From positions 224,001 through 288,000 of the forward strand of contig CAWBNQ010000003.1 in the NCBI GenBank assembly GCA_963790205.1: a stretch of 64,000 bases of DNA, written 5' to 3'. Shown here piece after piece: positions 9,401-16,143 of the stretch (position 1 is its first letter; every line of letters starts with the position of its first letter). The DNA is from Nitrospirota bacterium. Its GTDB lineage: Bacteria; Nitrospirota; UBA9217. The notes under the pieces were generated by a model that ran no database searches, was not told the origin of the DNA, and saw nothing but the letters and a program-made list of their open reading frames with translations. A program made the translations under genes and the position numbers.

Positions 9401-10630
9401 CTACACAAGGGCAACGGCAACGGGTCGCTTCGCCCGAAGAGGGTCTACTTTCCGCCCATGACCGACCACGCGTTCGCCCTTGCCGCCGCATTCAGGGCCT
9501 GCGGCGTGGAGACCGAGGTGCTGCCCGAGTCCGACGACGAGACGGTGCGCATCGGCAGGGAGCACACCTCGGGCCGCGAGTGCTACCCGCTCGCGCTCAC
9601 CACCGGCGACATGATCAAGGCGACGCGAAGGCCGGGATTCGAGCCGGACCAGAGCGCCTTCTTCATGCCCACGGGCAGGGGGCCGTGCCGTTTCGGCCAG
9701 TACCATCGCTATCACCGGCAGGTGCTCGACAAGCTCGGGCTCGAACGCGTCACGATCCTGGCCCCCATGCAGGACGAATCGCTGCACGACGACGTGAGCA
9801 TGTTCGACAAGGATTTCGTGCTCATGAGCTGGCGCGGCGTGTTCGCGGTGGACATGCTCCAGAAAGCCCTCTGGGAGCACCGGCCCCATGAAAAGCAGAA
9901 AGGACAGACGGACCGCGTGTACCGGGCCTCTCTTGATCGCCTGAGCAACGCCATCGAAAAGAGAGAAGACCTCCTGCCCGTATTGCGGCAGGCCTACGAG
10001 GATTTCACCGCTATCGACATCGCCGAACGCTCCAAACCCGTGATCGGTGTCGTGGGAGAGATCTACATCCGCTCGAACCGGTTCAGCAACGAGGACGTCG
10101 TGCGCCAGATCGAGAGGCTCGGCGGCGAGGCCTGGGTCGCGCCGATCTCCGAATGGCTCCTCTATGTCAACAATACGGCCAAAGTATCGGCGAAGATGAA
10201 CCGTTCATGGAAGGACCTGCTCAAGGCATACCTGACGCAGCACGTGCAGCACCGGGATGAGCAACGCTTCCTGGGCGGCTTCAACGGAAGCATGAGGAGC
10301 CTGCGCGAACCGAGCATCGAGCAGACCCTCCGCTCGGCGCTGCCCTACATCCACCATTCCTTCGAAGGAGAGGCCGTGCTGTCCGTGGGAAAGGCCATCG
10401 ACTACATCAACCGCGGCGTCTCGGGCATTGTGAACGTGATGCCCTTCACCTGCATGCCCGGCACGATCGCGACCGCGGTCTTGAAACGAGTGCGTGAAGA
10501 GCACGATAACATCCCTCTCCTGAACATTGCCTACGAGGGACAGGGGGACTCCCAGACCCTGACGCGGCTCGAGGCCTTCATGCACCAGGCAAGGTCCTAC
10601 CAGGAGGCGAAGAAGCGCCGCATTAAATGA
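6437..10630 (+). CDS. 2-hydroxyacyl-CoA dehydratase activase fusion (two BcrAD/BadFG ATPase domains + DUF2229 / dehydratase-like domains)
   Basis: Two GxDxGS...GG(E/Q)D(A/S)K...CAAGTGSFL modules, CxxCxNxC, TCFPAK, NFGCGPDS, ECYP, PFTCMPG motifs. Confidence 0.9.
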   Translation: MQNYLFLGIDIGSVTIKTALLDKSATILFESCTRMKGDPVAALAEELARLTSQFPEQRIRAAGITGSGGKQVAAVIGARFINEILAQSGFAGRFHPAARTIIEMGGEDAKLINLLPDAANGGVIIEDFSMNTACAAGTGSFLDQQAARLHLTIEEFSRIALRSERPPRVAGRCSVFAKSDMIHLQQIATPDYDIVAGLCYAMARNFKATVGKGKKFYPPLLFLGGVAANAGMHRAFRDVLKLSESDMTVPGRFNTSGAIGVALIVIKQPEQAIPYRGIAALAEHLAATKKKVHSGVSPLSLPMGIMPNPGQDVAPDPSGVIEAYLGVDVGSVSTNVVVIDRQLRVLSKRYLPTAGRPIEAVKQGLAEVGAELGPRVRILGAGTTGSGRYLTGDMIGADVVRNEITAQATAAAAIDPLVDTIFEIGGQDSKFISLQGGAVVDFEMNKACAAGTGSFLEEQAERLGIRIKGEFEDRAFCAASPCRFGERCTVFMESDLVHSMNTGSGVEELTAGLAYSIAYNYLNKVVAGKRVGERIFFQGGVAANRAVVSAFETITGKPVTVPPHHEVTGAIGAAILAMRADAGTSGFKGFDLSTRAYSVTTFECAECANRCDIKRVSFDGEKPLFYGSRCEKYDVKKKSAVAHALPDLFAEREELLASAVIPGNVPGNALTIGIPRMLYVNDFLPYWQAFFGELGFRVVLSEKTNRTLVNRAIETTAAETCFPAKVAIGHIHDLLDKKVDILFLPSFIQFPASHGQTGNSQACPYAQALPYIAKASIRFGEAKVIEPILLLQDERHFEKSMQEIGKALGKSRGAVRRAQRLAWSVQENYHAAAEKRGKEVLSTLKAGEKALVLVGRNYNTCDPGLNMNLPSKVRDLGFQAVPMDFLPLHQVDLSDQEHMYWRSGQKIMAAARIIHGRQDLSPLYITNFGCGPDSFITHFFRQEMNGKPFLQLEIDEHSADAGAITRIEAFLDSLNNGKGDRPVAPSVILHKGNGNGSLRPKRVYFPPMTDHAFALAAAFRACGVETEVLPESDDETVRIGREHTSGRECYPLALTTGDMIKATRRPGFEPDQSAFFMPTGRGPCRFGQYHRYHRQVLDKLGLERVTILAPMQDESLHDDVSMFDKDFVLMSWRGVFAVDMLQKALWEHRPHEKQKGQTDRVYRASLDRLSNAIEKREDLLPVLRQAYEDFTAIDIAERSKPVIGVVGEIYIRSNRFSNEDVVRQIERLGGEAWVAPISEWLLYVNNTAKVSAKMNRSWKDLLKAYLTQHVQHRDEQRFLGGFNGSMRSLREPSIEQTLRSALPYIHHSFEGEAVLSVGKAIDYINRGVSGIVNVMPFTCMPGTIATAVLKRVREEHDNIPLLNIAYEGQGDSQTLTRLEAFMHQARSYQEAKKRRIK

Positions 10631-10797
10631 CCTCCGGCAGGTTTCGTTCTTTCTTTTATTCAGGTTGGGCGTGAAACCAGAGTGAACATCTTTCACGCTG
10701 CGATTTTCCTCGAAAAATCATGCTGCAGGAGGCGTTTTAGCAGCGCGTTGAGGGAGCGTGAAGAAAATTGCCCGTTGAAAAAATCTTTATAATCAGC

Positions 10798-10826
10798 TTG
10801 ACAAGGAATTGAGAAAGCGGTATTCT
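10798..10826 (+). promoter_or_regulatory. Sigma70 promoter of the csp gene
   Basis: TTGACA-N17-TATTCT, 60 nt upstream of the start codon. Confidence 0.65.
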
Positions 10827-10885
10827 CTAACCATCCGTGGACAATACCCGGACAAAATTCAAAAAGAAGCAGAGGAGAAACAAGA

Positions 10886-11089
10886 ATGGCAAACGGTGTA
10901 GTGAAGTGGTTCAATAACAGCAAGGGGTTCGGCTTTATCACGCAGGACAATGGCGAGGACGTATTCGTGCACTTTTCGGCCATCGCGGGAGACGGCTTCA
11001 AGTCGTTGAACGAGGGCGACAAGGTTACGTTCGAGGTCGTAAAGGGACCCAAGGGCCTGCAGGCAGCCAATGTGTCCAAGACCTCGTAA
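10886..11089 (+). CDS. csp: Cold-shock protein (CspA family)
   Basis: [15 protein letters not shown] (RNP1), DVFVHFSAI (RNP2); SD AGGAG. Confidence 0.97.
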   Translation: MANGVVKWFNNSKGFGFITQDNGEDVFVHFSAIAGDGFKSLNEGDKVTFEVVKGPKGLQAANVSKTS

Positions 11090-11118
11090 TTAAAAAAAAC
11101 ACTTTCATTAACCATGTT

Positions 11119-11149
11119 AAAGCCCCGGCGTTAAACCGGGGCTTTTTTT
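11119..11149 (+). terminator. Rho-independent terminator after csp
   Basis: AAAGCCCCGG-loop-CCGGGGCTTT followed by a T run. Confidence 0.85.
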
Positions 11150-11173
11150 ATTGGCCGGCGTTTCAGCTTGCCG

Positions 11174-11212
11174 AAAAAAAGCAAGGGCGATGATTTTTCA
11201 TCGCCCTTGCTT
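11174..11212 (-). terminator. Rho-independent terminator of the small membrane protein operon
   Basis: GCAAGGGCGATG/CATCGCCCTTGC 12-bp stem, with A7 on the + strand side. Confidence 0.85.
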
Positions 11213-11274
11213 GTGGAATCCTGAATTCCCATGCAGTTTCTATAAGGGTTTTAATTCCGCAATCCGCATTCGGC

Positions 11275-11592
11275 TTACGCCTTGACTTCCGCTTCCTTCT
11301 TCTCGCGCATCGCCGCCGGGGCTGAGACCACGAAACCCATGACCGTGCCCAGCAGGCCGCCCACCACGATGCTCACCGCGGCCGCGCAGGCGATCCCCAC
11401 CGCGATGCCCATCACCACCGCCGCCCGCACAAACAGCGTCGGCTCAACCGCGCCGCCCGAAAGCTTCTGGAGCAGGATCAAGGTCCCGTAGCTCCCGAAG
11501 TAGAACCCCGGCACGATCCCCAGCGCCAGAAACACCAGCCCGCCGATGCTCGCCCCGATCTTCATTCCCGCTTTTACCGTCTCGTTCTTCAT
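11275..11592 (-). CDS. Small glycine-rich membrane protein (paralog 2)
   Basis: 105 aa, hydrophobic, GxxxG-rich; SD GAAAGGAG; similar layout to the upstream ORF. Confidence 0.8.
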   Translation of the reverse strand: MKNETVKAGMKIGASIGGLVFLALGIVPGFYFGSYGTLILLQKLSGGAVEPTLFVRAAVVMGIAVGIACAAAVSIVVGGLLGTVMGFVVSAPAAMREKKEAEVKA

Positions 11593-11642
11593 GATTGTCT
11601 CCTTTCAGCCGCGGCTGGATTATTTTAATCCAAACTGCATGG

Positions 11643-11972
11643 TTAATTGCGTCTGATGTTCACATGCTCGCCGGCAGTACGAAGAGGAATGCCTGTTGCC
11701 GTGTCGATCGCATTTCCGACAAGCCATCCTGCCGTTGACGTTGCCGTAACGATAGCGATCCCTGAGACCATCACACCGACAAGCATGGACAATAATACGA
11801 TGGACCTCGATACGACCCCCGGCTCGAGCGGCAGCCCGAAGAGCATACCGGCGAATTTGATGCCTGCTGCGCCGCCCAAAAGACTGCCGGGCAGAAGCCC
11901 GAAAATCGCGAAGAGCACCACTCCTGCGCCTGCCCCGATGTATGCAGCTTTTCTTGATAAGGTCGTTTTCAT
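11643..11972 (-). CDS. Small glycine-rich membrane protein (paralog 1)
   Basis: Start MKTTLSRKAAYIGAGAG at 11972 with SD GGGAGG; hydrophobic glycine-zipper-like helices. Confidence 0.8.
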   Translation of the reverse strand: MKTTLSRKAAYIGAGAGVVLFAIFGLLPGSLLGGAAGIKFAGMLFGLPLEPGVVSRSIVLLSMLVGVMVSGIAIVTATSTAGWLVGNAIDTATGIPLRTAGEHVNIRRN

Positions 11973-12011
11973 TTTTGTTTCCTCCCTTTCGTTCGTTCTT
12001 GCCAGAGTAAT

Positions 12012-12028
12012 TGCATTATGCATGCCAA
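12012..12028 (-). promoter_or_regulatory. Sigma54 (-24/-12) promoter
   Basis: Minus strand TTGGCATGCATAATGCA resembles TGGCAC-N5-TTGCA; 40 nt upstream of ATG 11972. Confidence 0.75.
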
Positions 12029-12317
12029 GCCATAACTCGTTGAATTTCTGGAAATCCAAGCGTTAAATTTTTTGCAGAGCTGAGAAAAGAAGATTTCAGG
12101 ATATCCGGAATGCAAAGAAACGGCGCTATGGGACGATTTTGAGGAGGGAAATCTTATGATCAAAAGCAATTTAATTATGACAAGGTCGTAAAAAGCCTTG
12201 TCTCGCACAAAGCCGAGAAGCCACAAAGAAAAAACCTTTTCAGTATCGATGAAATTTTCTTCGTGTTCCCGCCTGTACGAACCTTCCTTGTGCCTCCGGG
12301 CGAACGTTTGAACTTTT

Positions 12318-13619
12318 GGCTCTCCCGGGTTTAGCATGGATACATGTCTAGCCCGCCGCAGTGAAAGTAAATTGCTGTCTTGAAGTGTTCCTTGTTCCGA
12401 AATCCGTAGGCCATCTTTTTGATTGTCTGTATCTTGCTGTTGAGCCCTTCGCTGACCGCATTCGTTATGCGGTGCTGAAGATAAGTCAGAACGTTAGCAA
12501 TATGTCTTTTGATCGTTCCTGCTGCGTCAATGATTGGCTTCAGCCTGCTGTGTGTTGCCCAGAAATACCACCGCTTCCAGAATTTCCTCGCTGACTCGGC
12601 ATAGTTGTAATGCCACAACTTCCGAAACGTCTCCTTGATGGCCCACGCGCGTCCTACCTTCAACTCAAGCTTTTGTAATGCGGCAAATTCCCTGCGGCGT
12701 TTCTCCGGAACGTTCTCCTTGCTGTACAGCCACAAGTACTTACTCCCCTTGAGCGTTTCGTCACCTTCTTTCATCCGCTGCCGATGTTCCTGCTTTCGTA
12801 CCGTGTCTACCGCTTTCCCGAGGTAGCCCATAATGTGGAACCGGTCGAAAACGATCTTGCTCTCGGCACCAGGCACATGGGCACGCGTCGCCTCAAGGTA
12901 GGGCTCCCACATGTCCATTGCAACCGCCTCGAGGCCTTCTAATTGCTCCGGCGTCAGACTCTTGTAATAGCTCTCCAGACTGCTCTGTTTGCGGTCATCC
13001 TCGATGTGCTCTACCGTGCCTCCGTCTATATCGCTTACCAGCGTCAGGTATGTATGACCCTTGGCAATGGCTTTCTCATCGACGCCGATCCGGGGAACGA
13101 CGCGGTCTTGTTTCCGAAGCTTTCCGCGCTCTACGGCGCGTTCCATGAGGTTCCATGCTTCGTCCCAGCTTATCCGCAAGATCTTCGTGGCCCCGGTTAT
13201 ATCGCACTCCCGAAGAACATCTATGGCCAACCGCTCAAATAAAACCGTGAATCGTGACTTCGGTTCCGCCCAAGGGACCCGAACCTGCAAAATCCCATGC
13301 TCTGCACACGTTATGCGGGGAATACGCGCATGCAAGTACGTCTTGAACTGGCAACTGTCAAGGTGACGCCATAACCGCTCTTCGGCATGATCATAGACCG
13401 TCGACTCCTTCGAGCATTCCGGACAAGACCATACTGCGTCCTTCTCATGTTCCACCCATACATCTACCCGCTGCTGCTTTACATCCAGTTCAACTTGACT
13501 GACACTCCAGGGTGACTTCAATCCCAGCAATTGCTGATAAAGTCCGGTATCCTGCATGATCGCCTCCTCAGGCGACCATCCTATCACATATTTCTACCCA
13601 CGGGAAAGCCGGAAGAATC
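12318..13619 (-). mobile_element. Complete ISL3-family insertion sequence
   Basis: Imperfect IRs GGCTCTCCCGGGTTTAGCATGG / GATTCTTCCGGCTTTCCCGTGG; 8-bp target duplication GAACTTTT at 12310-12317 and 13620-13627. Confidence 0.92.
12331..13557 (-). CDS. ISL3-family transposase
   Basis: Zn finger CPEC...C.EHG, IGVDEK, VAMDMW, FDRFH, TNAVSEGLNSKIQ...YGFRN; SD GAGGAGG before MQDTG. Confidence 0.95.
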   Translation of the reverse strand: MQDTGLYQQLLGLKSPWSVSQVELDVKQQRVDVWVEHEKDAVWSCPECSKESTVYDHAEERLWRHLDSCQFKTYLHARIPRITCAEHGILQVRVPWAEPKSRFTVLFERLAIDVLRECDITGATKILRISWDEAWNLMERAVERGKLRKQDRVVPRIGVDEKAIAKGHTYLTLVSDIDGGTVEHIEDDRKQSSLESYYKSLTPEQLEGLEAVAMDMWEPYLEATRAHVPGAESKIVFDRFHIMGYLGKAVDTVRKQEHRQRMKEGDETLKGSKYLWLYSKENVPEKRRREFAALQKLELKVGRAWAIKETFRKLWHYNYAESARKFWKRWYFWATHSRLKPIIDAAGTIKRHIANVLTYLQHRITNAVSEGLNSKIQTIKKMAYGFRNKEHFKTAIYFHCGGLDMYPC

Positions 13620-13673
13620 GAACTTTTACGGGTTCATCAATTACGATGATCTTCACAATAGTTTACTGCGGAT

Positions 13674-13703
13674 AAAAAAGGCACCCCGTTTTCGGGGTGC
13701 CTT
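13674..13703 (-). terminator. Terminator after the DEAD-box helicase
   Basis: AAGGCACCCCG/CGGGGTGCCTT stem with adjacent A run on +. Confidence 0.85.
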
Positions 13704-13737
13704 GCAATTTTTCCGGAGAATCAATTACGGTTTCAGC

Positions 13738-15129
13738 TTATGCCCACCGCGACTGGCGGCCGGGCCTGGCGCTTCTGAAGTCTCCGGACTTACCGCCTTC
13801 GCTTCTGAAGCTTCTCTTGTCGTCCCTGGATATCCGGCTGTCCGCATAGGGCTTCCGGCCGGGTCTGTCGCCGAAAGAATTTTTAGGTGATGCGCCCTGT
13901 CCGTACCGTTTGCCGGCGCTTGTACCCTGCCAGCGTTTTCCCGAAGACGGCGTCGATGCGCTCCCGCTGCCTGAGCGGCGCAAGGGTCGCGCCGGCTCCA
14001 GTCCCGGGATTACCATCTGGGGAATGGACTGGCCGATGAATCGCTCGATCGAGCGCAGGGAATCCACCTCTTTGCCCGAGGCAAAGGAGATGGCGATGCC
14101 GGTGGCGCCCGCCCGTCCGGTGCGGCCGATGCGATGCACATAGTCCTCGGCGTTTTTCGGCAGGTCATAGTTGATCACGTGGGTGATGCCGGAGACGTCG
14201 AGGCCGCGGGCTGCCACGTCCGTTGCCACGAGGAGTCGGATTTTGCCGCGACGCATGTTCATGATGGTGCGGTTGCGGGCATTCTGGTTCATATCACCAT
14301 GCAGCGCCGCTGACGCATGTCCCTGGGCGGTCAGCTCGCGGGCAAGCTGATCGGCGTTCCGCTTGGTGCCGGAAAAGATGATCGCCCTGGTCATGCCGCT
14401 GTCGGAGATAAGGTGCTTCAAAAGCCTGTTCTTGTGCTGCATGTCGTCCGCGGCGTGCAAACGCTGTTCGATCGCTTCAAGCGTGGTCTTCTTTCCCACG
14501 ATCTCGACTCGCACCGGATCCTTCAGCAGGCGCTGGGCCAGCTTTGCCATGCTGTTGTCCATGGTCGCCGTGAACATAAGGGTCTGACGGGTTGCCGGTG
14601 TGGCCGCGGCAATGGTGTCCACTGCCTCGCTGAAGCCCATATCGAGCATGCGGTCGGCTTCATCGAGGATCAGGATCTCAAGACGGGAAAAATCGATGCG
14701 TCCCCGTTCCATATGGTCCATGAGCCGTCCGGGAGTGGCCACGATCAGGTCCACGGGCTGGGACAAGAGCCGCTGCTGTTCAAAGTAGGGCATGCCGCCG
14801 AGGATCGCGCCGCTCCGGATGCGCATGAACTTCCCGTAGGTGCTCACCGCCGCGGTCACCTGGTTCGCCAGTTCGCGCGTGGGCGTGAGCACGAGCACGC
14901 GGGGACCCTTGGACCTTCCCGTTGACTTTGACGGCACGCTGAGACGCATGAGCGCCGGCAGTACGAAGGCCGCGGTCTTTCCGGTCCCGGTCTGGGCCGT
15001 GGCGATCAGGTCCTGGCCCGCCAGGGCCTTGGGTATGGCCTGCTCCTGGATGGGCGTGGGGGCGGTATAGCCGCAGAGCTTTATTGCTTTGAGGATCGGT
15101 TCACTGAGCTGCAATTTTGAAAAAGACAT
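13738..15129 (-). CDS. DEAD-box RNA helicase (RhlE-like)
   Basis: Q motif PTPIQ, AQTGTGKT, PTRELA, DEAD, HRIGRTGRAG, basic C-tail; start MSFSKLQL with SD GAAAGGA. Confidence 0.93.
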   Translation of the reverse strand: MSFSKLQLSEPILKAIKLCGYTAPTPIQEQAIPKALAGQDLIATAQTGTGKTAAFVLPALMRLSVPSKSTGRSKGPRVLVLTPTRELANQVTAAVSTYGKFMRIRSGAILGGMPYFEQQRLLSQPVDLIVATPGRLMDHMERGRIDFSRLEILILDEADRMLDMGFSEAVDTIAAATPATRQTLMFTATMDNSMAKLAQRLLKDPVRVEIVGKKTTLEAIEQRLHAADDMQHKNRLLKHLISDSGMTRAIIFSGTKRNADQLARELTAQGHASAALHGDMNQNARNRTIMNMRRGKIRLLVATDVAARGLDVSGITHVINYDLPKNAEDYVHRIGRTGRAGATGIAISFASGKEVDSLRSIERFIGQSIPQMVIPGLEPARPLRRSGSGSASTPSSGKRWQGTSAGKRYGQGASPKNSFGDRPGRKPYADSRISRDDKRSFRSEGGKSGDFRSARPGRQSRWA

Positions 15130-15564
15130 TCTGTTCCTTTCAAGGGGACCACTGTATTCCCGGGAAAGAGCAACACGAGAAAAATTGTTGACGCGGATGA
15201 ACGCTGATGTGGTCATGATTTGCACTGATGCGTCCTGAGACTGCAGATCAGTGTCCATCATAATTTATTCAGCGACGATCAGTGCCAGAAATTTCCTGAT
15301 GTTCTTTTTCCCGCGACGCAGTGGTCGAAGAGGTTTGCGTGCGGGCCGCAGGAACACAAAGGTATCCCTGAGAGCGGAGACGACGCCAGCACAACTATGA
15401 CCGGCATAACTACATCGTTCGCCAACCATAGGTACTGCTGCGATTTCAGAGTGGGAGCTGAAAGCTTAGGGGGGTTAGAGATCGATGATATGGAGGGCAG
15501 GGAGATGGTGACGTGTGAGTGTACTTCAGTCAAATCCTGCCGCATTGTTAAACAGTCGAAGTGC

Positions 15565-15592
15565 ATAATACAGGATTCCGGGAAAATAGCAA
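15565..15592 (-). promoter_or_regulatory. Sigma70-like promoter ~430 nt upstream of the helicase
   Basis: Minus strand TTGCTA-N16-TATTAT. Confidence 0.5.
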
Positions 15593-15731
15593 GGATTATT
15601 ATGAAAAAAATGAGGCTATAGCATGGGCGACCGTTTGTTCAATAACTCTTTCACGCTATAGAAGTGCATGTGAAAATGCCGCTTGCCTGAACGAACTTTT
15701 TGTAGTACGTTATTCGGACAGAAGGTGGGAA

Positions 15732-16013
15732 ATGAAAATCAGTGAAGACATCAAGCCCGTGACGTATCTCAAATCAAAAGCTGCGGACATGTTGCAGCAG
15801 ATCAACGAAACGCACAGGCCGGTCATCAACACGCAAAACGGGGAATCGCGCGCCGTTCTGCAAGACCCGGAATCGTATGAGCGCATGAAGTCCGCGATAG
15901 GCTTGATGAAGCTCCTGGCGCAGAGAGAAGAGGATATCCGGAAAGGCAGGACCACGGAGCAGGAAGAGATGTTCAGGCGTCTTGAAAACAAACTGAAGAC
16001 CGGGAAACAGTAG
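15732..16013 (+). CDS. Phd/YefM-family antitoxin (orphan)
   Basis: MKISEDIKPVTYLKSKAADMLQQINETHRPVINTQNGESRAVL; no toxin ORF follows. Confidence 0.85.
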   Translation: MKISEDIKPVTYLKSKAADMLQQINETHRPVINTQNGESRAVLQDPESYERMKSAIGLMKLLAQREEDIRKGRTTEQEEMFRRLENKLKTGKQ

Positions 16014-16143
16014 AAGGGAGGACGGCAAGGACGTATACAGTTTCACCGGATATTCTGTAAATCGTCCTCCAGGGGGCAAGGATTATTTCTCGATAGAGAA
16101 TAATACCCTGTTCCAGCAACTCGAGTTTTCCCTGATAAAAAAC

